A stretch of DNA of 22,962 nt from Methanobacterium sp. (GCA_003166335.1 PMWA01000094.1:1-22962), one strand, 5' to 3'; positions 1-9,850 are shown, counted from the stretch's first letter. Notes: generated from the sequence alone by a model not told the origin. Numbers and translations are program-made.

Positions 1-165
1 ATAATCATTATTGTAGTTGTTTTAAGATTTTTAGGGTTTTTTTAGGGATAAACGAGAATTATCCCCGTGTTTATGCCATAAACATAGATTAAAATTTCAA
101 ATATGATGAAAAAAGTTTAATAAATTCAAATAGGCTCTTGATTGATGACTAAAAAAAGGTAAAAA

Positions 166-1614
166 ATGAATAAAAATATTGATATACTGCTTATAAATCC
201 TTATGATGAGAATGCATTGAAGAATGCTCTTGGTTTCATAACTCCTCCTTTAAATCTCATGTACTTGGCGTCATCACTTGAAAAAGAGTCTTACTCTGTT
301 AAAATTGTAGATGATGATCTACTCCAGATGGGATACGAAAAGGTTTCTGAGCTGGCAGGAAAGCTCAATCCACAATTAGTTGGTGTGACTGCGACCACAT
401 CTACTATAAAAAGTGCATTGAAATATGTGGAATTAGTCAAAAACATTCTACCTAATTCGTTAACTGTAATGGGTGGACCCCATACTACTTTCATGCCATC
501 TGAAACCTTAAAGAGTTCTGAAAATCTGGATGTGGTGGTTATGGGTGAGGGTGAGGAAACAATGGTGGATTTGGCCAACCATTCCACCGGAAGTAGCCAT
601 GGTCTTGATGAAGTTAAGGGAATTTTTTACAGGGATTTAATGAGTGAAAATTTAAAAGCAACACAAAAACGTCCTTTGATAAAGGATCTTGATGCATTGC
701 CTTTCCCTGCAAGACATCTTGTTCCTTTTGATTCATATGGTGCTTCTAAAGAACAGACTGGTGGTATAATAACCAGTAGGGGTTGTGTGTACAACTGCAA
801 CTACTGTTCATCATCACTTATCATGGGTAAAAAGTTCCGATCACGCAGTCCAGACAACGTTGTGGACGAAATAGAGGAATTAATAAATAATTACCAAATA
901 AGAGATATAGGATTCATGGACGACACATTCATGCTCAACAAGAGAAGGGTTAATGATATTGCCAATGAAATCAAAGCCAGAGATCTAGATTTAAGCTTCG
1001 TTGCATCATCCCGGGTTGACAGTGTAGATCAAAATTTACTTCAAAATCTGAAAAATTCTGGATTGAAAACCATATATTACGGTGTAGAATCAGGGTCACA
1101 ACGTGTATTAGACCTAATGAAAAAGGGCATAACTCTCAAACAAGCAGAAGATGCTGTTAAAAGTGCAAAAAATGTGGATCTAGAAGTTTTAACCTCTTTC
1201 ATTCTAGGATATCCTGGAGAAACCGAAGAAGATATGAACAAGAGCATAAAATTCTCTACAAAACTAGATTCAGACTACTGTCAATATTCAATTCTAACAC
1301 CATTCCCGGGAACACCCATCTACAAGGAACTCAAAGAAAAGAATTTAATAGACAATGATGACTGGGATGAATACACTGTACTCAAACCGGTTTTGAAATA
1401 TGATGAAATGGGTTTAAACAAGAAGATGGTGGAAAAAAAACTGGCCATAGCCTATTTGAAATACTATGCAAGGCCTAAATATCTCCTGAACCATCGCCAC
1501 ATGTTTAAGGTCATGTTTAAAACAGTTGTTCGGAGTTTTATCCTCCCCAAACTCATGGGAGACACTGGTAAAGGCTGGTACCAGAATCTAGACAACAAAA
1601 CATCATCAGAATAG
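166..1614 (+). CDS. Cobalamin-binding radical SAM enzyme (BchE-like/class B), substrate unknown
   Basis: N-terminal B12-binding-type domain ([38 protein letters not shown]), then [12 protein letters not shown] (CxxxCxxC), [22 protein letters not shown] and LTPFPGT motifs. Confidence 0.9.
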   Translation: MNKNIDILLINPYDENALKNALGFITPPLNLMYLASSLEKESYSVKIVDDDLLQMGYEKVSELAGKLNPQLVGVTATTSTIKSALKYVELVKNILPNSLTVMGGPHTTFMPSETLKSSENLDVVVMGEGEETMVDLANHSTGSSHGLDEVKGIFYRDLMSENLKATQKRPLIKDLDALPFPARHLVPFDSYGASKEQTGGIITSRGCVYNCNYCSSSLIMGKKFRSRSPDNVVDEIEELINNYQIRDIGFMDDTFMLNKRRVNDIANEIKARDLDLSFVASSRVDSVDQNLLQNLKNSGLKTIYYGVESGSQRVLDLMKKGITLKQAEDAVKSAKNVDLEVLTSFILGYPGETEEDMNKSIKFSTKLDSDYCQYSILTPFPGTPIYKELKEKNLIDNDDWDEYTVLKPVLKYDEMGLNKKMVEKKLAIAYLKYYARPKYLLNHRHMFKVMFKTVVRSFILPKLMGDTGKGWYQNLDNKTSSE

Positions 1615-1678
1615 ACAATATAAATACAATATTTATGAATTAGAAAAAAAGTATAATAATTATAGGAGAGATTTTATA

Positions 1679-1837
1679 ATGAGTGAGAAAACAGGTGAAT
1701 TAAAAGGAAAGATTAAAGAAAAAGAAGGTGAACTAAAAGGAAAAGCTAAAGAGATGAAAGGAGAAATAAAAGGAAAAGCTAAGGAGATGGAAGGAGAAAT
1801 TAAGGGGAAAGCTAAAGAAGCCGAAGGTAAAAAATAA
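1679..1837 (+). CDS. 52-aa Lys/Glu/Gly-rich 11-mer repeat protein (CsbD/LEA-like); not in the ORF track
   Basis: Hand translation: MSEKT GELKGKIKEKE GELKGKAKEMK GEIKGKAKEME GEIKGKAKEAE GKK*. AGGAGA RBS lies about 10 nt upstream. The repeats keep the peptide while varying synonymous codon positions. Confidence 0.8.
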   Translation: MSEKTGELKGKIKEKEGELKGKAKEMKGEIKGKAKEMEGEIKGKAKEAEGKK

Positions 1838-1924
1838 AAGGTAAAATTAGAAGATTATAGATATTTATTAAATTTATTATTATATTATTTTTTTTCATAA
1901 TAATAAATTATGGAGAGTGTGAAG

Positions 1925-2257
1925 ATGGTTTATGTAAGATGGAATACTGTTATAATTGGTGTTGTAATTGCAATAATTCTTGGTTTTGTCCTTGGGTTGA
2001 TATCAACATCGGGAGCATTCATAGGATTCTTAATAGCTACTATATATGTTGGTTACATGATAGGCGGGGACTACGTGAATGGAGCTGTCAATGGGGCACT
2101 TGTTGGTATCGTTGCAGCAATAGTACTATTTATACTTGCTTTAATTGGATTTGGTGTTGCAGCGGGTTTAAGTGATATAATTATTCTTGCAGTTATCGGT
2201 GCAATAGGCGGAGTAATAGGAGTTTTAATAGGAGGTAGAGGTAGGGGCAGATTCTAA
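1925..2257 (+). CDS. Small Gly-rich multi-pass membrane protein (DUF5518-like)
   Basis: About four hydrophobic GxxxG-rich helices and a GAVNGALVG motif. ATG 1925 follows a GGAG RBS; the track start is 1910. Confidence 0.7.
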   Translation: MVYVRWNTVIIGVVIAIILGFVLGLISTSGAFIGFLIATIYVGYMIGGDYVNGAVNGALVGIVAAIVLFILALIGFGVAAGLSDIIILAVIGAIGGVIGVLIGGRGRGRF

Positions 2258-2390
2258 CCTGAATTTAATCCCTAAAACTTTTTTTATGGATTAAAATGAC
2301 ACTTTTATAGATATACGAACATTATTATTCAGTTTTGTAAAATAGTAACTAAAAAAAAATAAAAATTTAAAAAAAAAGTTTAGTTTGTTT

Positions 2391-2990
2391 TTACATTCGT
2401 TGCCAGAAATGTTTCTTCTTCATTTCGAATTTGTCAGGGAATTGCATGATTATACCGTGGGAAAATCCATCGGCCATCATTCTTGCTTGCTTTTCTATTT
2501 CATCATAGGTAGATATGTCTGTTGTATAGTCTTTGGTTATTCTGGCCATTGTTTCTGCTTTAGTTAGTCTTAGATGGTCGTATAACATATTTTTCATTTC
2601 TTTTTCTTCCCAGTAGGGGTTTAGCATGTTTAAAGTGGCTGCAATCTCATCTGCATTTTTGTACCATTTTTTTTCAGCATCATCCGCTTTTGTATTATCC
2701 TCTGCGACTGCTGCCTGCACCAGCTCTGCAGCTGTTTTAAGGTGTTCGGTCATTAATTCATCGAATTTAGTTGCATCTTCTTCACCATAAAACACTCTAC
2801 ACACTTCTGCCATGTCTTTGGTGTTTCTTAACAACCGATTTTCAGTTGCAATAGTCTCTGTTGCGTCTTTGATGTCAACTAAACTTATTATAGTTAGTCT
2901 CATCCAGACAACATGTTCTTCCCAGAGTCCCATCCATTTTTTATCGAAATCTCCTTCATGCATCATATCCATATTTTCTTCCATTGCCAT
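2391..2990 (-). CDS. Helical Met-rich protein with three ~56-aa His-containing repeats; function unknown
   Basis: Motifs LWEEHVVW, RLLRN, FYG, EHL..AAELV, WYKNADEIA, NPYW, MLYDHL and QFPDKF. GGTGA RBS upstream. Resembles, from recall, a Firmicutes family often mislabelled acetylglutamate kinase or glycosyltransferase. Confidence 0.85.
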   Translation of the reverse strand: MAMEENMDMMHEGDFDKKWMGLWEEHVVWMRLTIISLVDIKDATETIATENRLLRNTKDMAEVCRVFYGEEDATKFDELMTEHLKTAAELVQAAVAEDNTKADDAEKKWYKNADEIAATLNMLNPYWEEKEMKNMLYDHLRLTKAETMARITKDYTTDISTYDEIEKQARMMADGFSHGIIMQFPDKFEMKKKHFWQRM

Positions 2991-3183
2991 CTTATATCAC
3001 CAGTTTATATCTAATCATATTAATCAAAATTTAATACCATATTCTAAATTCCATCTAATAAACCTTAATTAACACTTTGAATAACAATAAATTGTCAAAT
3101 ATTCTCAACTCGTTGTAATTCAACTTAAAATTTAGTTCGAAAAAAATAAAAGGTTAAAAAGGACTTAAATAAAATATGCCCCT

Positions 3184-3423
3184 TTATTCGTTCTTGAAAA
3201 TTCTGCCTTTAATTAGAACAGTGTCACCAATGGCTTCAATCTTTTCATAAGGTACTATTTTTTTATCGCCTAAGCCTATTTTTGCGGATATTCCTGCTTC
3301 CTCCAAATGAATAGATATTACTCTGTTCGCTTCAAAATCCCAATCAACATCGTTTACGATACCTATTTTGTCTCCAGATTCGTCAATAACATCCTTACCA
3401 ATCAATTCATCAGATATTTTCAA
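3184..3423 (-). CDS. PRC-barrel domain protein
   Basis: LIGKDVIDESGDKIGIVNDV..D and VPYEKIEAIGDTVLIK are typical PRC-barrel motifs. TTG start with GGAG RBS. Confidence 0.85.
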   Translation of the reverse strand: MKISDELIGKDVIDESGDKIGIVNDVDWDFEANRVISIHLEEAGISAKIGLGDKKIVPYEKIEAIGDTVLIKGRIFKNE

Positions 3424-3568
3424 TTTTTACACTCTCCAAAAACAAATTTTAATATCTCAATTTCATCTAACTTGGGTCTAATTCAACGTATTATATTATG
3501 TAAAGCCATATACTTAAAAATATTTATTAATTTTATTCTCATATGCACTCTATCTCAATGTGGATATA

Positions 3569-3712
3569 ATGTTATTATTCATACCTTTGGCAATTGTATG
3601 TGGATTATATCTTTATACACGTCCTGAGAAGTTTGCTAAAGACCGTGGAAAATTCATTATACCTATATCAATCTTAATATGGATTATATACGCTGTTATC
3701 CTTATACACTAA
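3569..3712 (+). CDS. Possible 47-aa two-helix membrane peptide, or 5'-truncated remnant
   Basis: MLLFIPLAIVCGLYLYTRPEKFAKDRGKFIIPISILIWIIYAVILIH*: two hydrophobic segments around a charged loop. The frame is open back to 3518. No clear RBS. Confidence 0.35.
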   Translation: MLLFIPLAIVCGLYLYTRPEKFAKDRGKFIIPISILIWIIYAVILIH

Positions 3713-3863
3713 TTTCAACATCATTAAAAAGGGGTTTTGGTGGCATAATTACTTCCAGAAAGTGAAACAAACAAATATTTAAGGACTATAGCATTAAAAA
3801 GATCAAAAAAAATGTAATAAATCATTAAACTATACTTTATTTATTGTAATTCTAAAAATTTTT

Positions 3864-4094
3864 CATGGAACAAAATATAACCATTTAAATGAGCTTACCA
3901 TTTAGGAACAATAATTAAAAATTTATTCGGATCTACTTTTTTTTGAAGATTATAAATGCACTGGTAAAGAAATAGAAACTTATCAAGATATAATAGAATA
4001 TACTGAAAAAGACGAATTTGGATTTCCAATAACTGCTTTTTGTGTTACTCAGAAGATAAGAAATTTAAGCGCTCATGATTTAAATTGGGAATAA
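3864..4094 (+). pseudogene. Decayed HEPN-like (RNxxxH) gene fragment
   Basis: Frame 3942-4094 reads FEDYKCTGKEIETYQDIIEYTEKDEFGFPITAFCVTQKIRNLSAHDLNWE*. The upstream frame LGTIIKNLFGSTFF joins through a frameshift in a T8 run. No start codon or RBS. Confidence 0.45.
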
Positions 4095-4194
4095 GCAAAT
4101 TATTTATGCAATTTTTTATGTGCTGGAAGAAAAATACTTTTAAATATTAAACAAATTACTATGTATTATTATTTTTTTTTAGGAGGTTTTTCTA

Positions 4195-4842
4195 ATGGTG
4201 GAAGAGATAAGAGAGTTTTCTGAGAATGTTTCAGATGAAAAACTAGAAACCGATGTGGAAAAATATGTAGATCTAGCTAAGGAGTTGGGAGCTACGGATG
4301 CTAAAAGGATCAGTACTGATATGATAATTGTGGATGAGAGGGTTAGAGCTAGGTGTTATTCTCCTAGATGTCCTTATTATGGTACCAATCTTAACTGTCC
4401 ACCCCAATTTGATTGGGATTTAGATAAAACTCGAGAAATCGTTAGTAAATACAGATATGGTGTTTTTATCATGCTTCAAGTCCCACCAGAAGAGCAAACT
4501 GGGGATTATGATAACCCTAAACATCCTGTTCCTGGCGCCAGAAAGATGTATGAAATTGTAGCTAAAGTTCAATCTGCAGCATTTTATGATGGATACCCTC
4601 TTGCTTTAGGTTTTGCAGGAGGACCATCATGTAAACGTGTTTTCTGTTCAGCAGTTGAATGCAAAGGAATTAAGGGAGAAAGATGTAGAATGGCTCTTAA
4701 ATCTAATCCCACCATGCATAGCGCAGGAATGGACGCATATTCCATGGCCTCAAAAGTGGGTTGGAAAATTTACCCCATCGGAAAAAAAACCGAACCGTCT
4801 CAAATAAAACATGGATTGGAGTTAGGATTAGTCCTCATATAA
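4195..4842 (+). CDS. DUF2284 predicted metal-binding protein
   Basis: VDERVRARC..PRCPYYGTNLNCPP, AFYDGY..A.GFAGGPSC...C...C and MHSAGMD motifs. Strong AGGAGGT RBS. Confidence 0.85.
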   Translation: MVEEIREFSENVSDEKLETDVEKYVDLAKELGATDAKRISTDMIIVDERVRARCYSPRCPYYGTNLNCPPQFDWDLDKTREIVSKYRYGVFIMLQVPPEEQTGDYDNPKHPVPGARKMYEIVAKVQSAAFYDGYPLALGFAGGPSCKRVFCSAVECKGIKGERCRMALKSNPTMHSAGMDAYSMASKVGWKIYPIGKKTEPSQIKHGLELGLVLI

Positions 4843-5017
4843 TTAATGACCACATTTATGCAAATTTTTAACAAATACAGATGTTATCTGTTCCCTGAGC
4901 ATTAAAGTAATATGTTTTTAATCTATAAATTGAATAACATGCCAAATGTTCATATTGCATAAACTAAGAAGAATAAAATTAGTCTTAAAATTACATCTAA
5001 TTAGCTATTTTTGATTA

Positions 5018-5151
5018 GAAGAGAGTATAATCGTCCATAGGGCTAAAAAATGGTGGTTTAACGAAGTAAACCCAACATCTTAATAGAAGCTGCAAACATC
5101 AATGATGGTGATTATATTGAAGTAACCATTAGGAAGATTCCCAAAGATTGA
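5018..5151 (+). pseudogene. Remnant of AbrB/MazE/SpoVT-type DNA-binding protein
   Basis: 5062-5151 reads RSKPNILIEAANINDGDYIEVTIRKIPKD*, like the C-terminal half of AbrB proteins (I..GD.IEV.IRK). The 5' part is broken by TAA 5059 and frameshifts; KNGGLT appears in another frame. Confidence 0.45.
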
Positions 5152-5174
5152 GATGTTATTAGATATCTACTGTT

Positions 5175-5203
5175 TAACTGAGTCAAATCCTCAGTTACCT
5201 TTT
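5175..5203. terminator. Hairpin between convergent genes, putative terminator
   Basis: TAACTGAG-tcaaatc-CTCAGTTA is a perfect 8-bp stem followed by ccTTTT. Confidence 0.35.
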
Positions 5204-5262
5204 ACTCTGGTTTTTCTTAGGATAAATCCTTAAAAATAATAAAATTTCTTTAAGTTTTTTAA

Positions 5263-5874
5263 TTATTGTTCAAGAGGTTTGAGTGTTCTTGGAAATTTAA
5301 ATTCACTAACAAATTGAGGAATATCAGTTTTATTCTTATATGAACGCATAAGAATATCTTTAACATCAGATGACCCAATTAAAAGCAAAGGAGTTACATC
5401 CCCATATTTATCAATAAATGATTGAACCAATTTTAGTATACATTCACCCTCAGCTATTTCTTTTATGGTAGCAGTCATAGGTCTATCATGATTAGGATAA
5501 AAAGAGTTTCTAAAGGCTTCAATTTTTTTATAAAGATCATATTCATCTATATACTTAAATTCCTCTTCACATTCCAATTTAACACTTTTTTGCTCCCATT
5601 CATTAACCCATGTAGGAATATCACTTGGATCTTTATAGTAAGCAATAATAATATTTTTAAGAGTAGGAATCCAAAGTAAAAGAAACCTAATTGAACCCCT
5701 ATCATCCTCCATCTTTGTAATAGCTGTATGCATTAAGGATTCAGCTTGCTCTTTCTCTTTAGAGTTAGTAAGAACATATCTACCATATTGAATAGAGAGA
5801 GATTGTAAAAAAGCAGTAATTTCATCCCCGAGCACACGCGGATCTGCAATATTAAATATTTTATCATCAATCAA
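5263..5874 (-). CDS. Orphan 203-aa protein made of two ~99-aa tandem domains
   Basis: Long ORF in very AT-rich DNA. TTG start with GGAGGT RBS. Internal repeat YKDPSDIPTWVNEW / YKNKTDIPQFVSEF. Confidence 0.85.
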   Translation of the reverse strand: MIDDKIFNIADPRVLGDEITAFLQSLSIQYGRYVLTNSKEKEQAESLMHTAITKMEDDRGSIRFLLLWIPTLKNIIIAYYKDPSDIPTWVNEWEQKSVKLECEEEFKYIDEYDLYKKIEAFRNSFYPNHDRPMTATIKEIAEGECILKLVQSFIDKYGDVTPLLLIGSSDVKDILMRSYKNKTDIPQFVSEFKFPRTLKPLEQ

Positions 5875-6120
5875 ATTAACACCTCCATGTTATTACATAA
5901 TTAATCAATTCTACTATTTACAGTTAATCTAATTAGGGGTGTGCTGCAGCCAATTGTGGAAACTTTACTTCATCTTGAATCTGGTGGTTAAGGTTCAACA
6001 TTTCGTCGGTTTTTTTCTAAAATAATTTAATATATTTAGCAATAAATTTTTGAAAAAATTTAATACTATCAACTTTAATAAAGAATATTAAGAATTAATA
6101 GGATTAAAAATTTCAAAGCG

Positions 6121-6426
6121 GTGTATGAATTGATTAAAGACGAAATAAATGAATTGAAAGAATTACAAATGAGAACTATTCAAAAAGATCAAGGATTAAA
6201 TGGGAAGATATTGGATATTTTTAAGAAAGTGAATACGAATTATCACATACAGCAACCATTTGTAAGTATATCTACTAAAGAACCTGTTATACATTTAATG
6301 TTCAAAAATCTTTCTAATAATGAATTTCCTACTAAATTTGTAAATGATATTCAGGAGAAGTTAGAAGCAGTTGATAGTCGAATGCACTTTGAGAATAATA
6401 AAATAACTCTGACATTAAGTTTTTGA
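6121..6426 (+). CDS. Hypothetical 101-aa protein
   Basis: Protein-like composition with alternating helix/strand pattern in AT-rich DNA. GTG start, no clear RBS, no recognised motif. Confidence 0.6.
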   Translation: MYELIKDEINELKELQMRTIQKDQGLNGKILDIFKKVNTNYHIQQPFVSISTKEPVIHLMFKNLSNNEFPTKFVNDIQEKLEAVDSRMHFENNKITLTLSF

Positions 6427-6964
6427 GTGTATTTTAATTAAAAAATTATTCTTTTTTTATTTATAATTAATATCAGTTACTCTTGCAATATTTGCAAACA
6501 AATAAATTATTGCACTATGTATATACGGGGAAATAGCAATAACCTTAGTTTTCCTAATACTACTCTACTTTTTTTAAACTAAATTTTGAAACTCTGATGA
6601 CAAACTTTTATGAAAAGATCGAACAAAAATAAAAAGTAAGTTATTTTATATTAAAAAAAATAATTGCGAATGAGAAGTTTTTAATGATAATTCTTAAAGG
6701 AACTAATAGAATCTGCTAGCAAATGCCAGATCAATCATGACTTCGAGCTTAATTTAACATGCATAATAAATTTATCAAATAACATATTAAAAAAAGGTAC
6801 TTATCATGTGAAAATTGTAGGGATAATGTGCATCTATCATGGTTATCAAAACCTATAAATCATTAAATTATAATTTAATTGTTTTTTATTATTTACTTTT
6901 GTAAAAACAAATATTTATTTAATTAATGTATTATAATTATTTGATAACATATTATTTAGTAAGT

Positions 6965-7301
6965 ATGAAAATGTGAATACTTTGATAATTACTAAAAATT
7001 TATTAAAAATTATGATGAAGTAAAGGATGATTTAAGTTTATTTCTTCATCCTGAGTTCAAATGAAAATTATAATTAGTTTAACTTGGAAAATAAAGAATT
7101 AAAAGATTTAAAAAAAGATTTAATCTATAGATACATCCTACATCCCCTTAAAGATTTAGAAAAACAATGTCTTATTTTTAAACAGGAAAGATAATTATTT
7201 TTTATCACCATGAATTAAACTCGGATTTTGAAATTATTTGATATTATAAAACCATCCCTGCAGTGCAAAAAAATAATATATTATGGCTTAATCATGAATA
7301 A
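6965..7301 (+). pseudogene. Decayed winged-helix regulator (DUF1724/FilR1-like)
   Basis: Stitching frames gives YDEVKDDL/FISSS*VQMKIIISL/ENKELKDLKKDL..YILHPLKDLEKQCLILNRKDNYFLSP*/LKLFDIIK/KNNILWLNHE*. The motif order matches my recollection of this methanogen family. Several stops and frameshifts; truncated after WLNHE. Confidence 0.6.
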
Positions 7302-7334
7302 CCACTTAAAAATTATCCCAAATTTAGCGGAGTC

Positions 7335-7358
7335 AAAAAATGGGATATCACCCATTTT
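7335..7358 (-). terminator. Putative glyS terminator
   Basis: AAAATGGG-atatca-CCCATTTT 8-bp stem. On the minus strand it ends in a T6 run about 50 nt after the glyS stop. Confidence 0.5.
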
Positions 7359-7408
7359 CAACCAGGATTTTAGAGAGAAATCTCAAATATTAAAATTTTA
7401 TAATGTAT

Positions 7409-9154
<1,746 letters not shown>

Positions 9155-9235
9155 TCTAAATCATCTCAGTGTATAATCATCTAATTAATTATTAAATATA
9201 AGTAAACATTGCAAAAAAAGAAAAAAACTCTTGAA

Positions 9236-9844
9236 TTAAACCATTCTGGTTTTGTTTATATTTTTAATTTCATAATCATGCTTTATTTTACTAGTAACTG
9301 GGCTTTTTTGACCCATATATTTACTATCCCTGTCCGGGTGTCCATAAGGTTTCTCTGAAGGCGATGTCATTGTTTCAAAAACGATTTGACATACCCTCTG
9401 ACCAGTATATAATGCAACTGGCATTTTACCAATATTAGATATCTCTAAAGTAATTTTACCATGGAATCCTGGGTCTATATAACCAGCAGTAACATGCATT
9501 GTCACTCCCAATCTTCCCATAGAAGAACGCCCCTCCACACGAGCCACTAGATCATTAGGCAGTTTAATGGTTTCATAAGTGGTGGCTAAGGCAAATTCTC
9601 CAGGATGGATTATGAAAGGTTCTCCTTCATCTATGTAAAATGATTCCATATAAGATTCCAAATCGCTTTGATCCATGGGATCAATGCATGGCTTCCTGAT
9701 AATTCGGAAGCCTTTAAATTCCCTACCAATTCTCAAATCAACTGATGATGGCTGTATCTGCACTTTAGGATTTGTTAAAGGATTTATAACTATTTTACCT
9801 GATTTTAAATGTTCCTTTATATCTTTATCACTTAGAATAGCCAT
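9236..9844 (-). CDS. dcd: dCTP deaminase
   Basis: ILSD.DI, QPSSVDLR, EGRSSMGRLG, AGYIDPGFHGKITLEI and SKYMGQ motifs. Confidence 0.97.
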   Translation of the reverse strand: MAILSDKDIKEHLKSGKIVINPLTNPKVQIQPSSVDLRIGREFKGFRIIRKPCIDPMDQSDLESYMESFYIDEGEPFIIHPGEFALATTYETIKLPNDLVARVEGRSSMGRLGVTMHVTAGYIDPGFHGKITLEISNIGKMPVALYTGQRVCQIVFETMTSPSEKPYGHPDRDSKYMGQKSPVTSKIKHDYEIKNINKTRMV

Positions 9845-9850
9845 ACTCTT

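Noticed and set aside
1694..1828. 33-nt tandem repeats as a CRISPR array or non-coding VNTR
   Set aside because: No spacers; the repeats are in-frame coding units with synonymous variation.
5936..6009. tRNA-like look: 74 nt, starts GGGG, contains GGTTCAA
   Set aside because: Acceptor, D and T stems do not pair. At most a heavily decayed fragment, so not called a tRNA or att site.
7012..7054. Possible C/D box sRNA (ATGATGA...CTGA)
   Set aside because: Too short, lacks convincing C'/D' boxes, and is better explained as codons of the DUF1724-like pseudogene.
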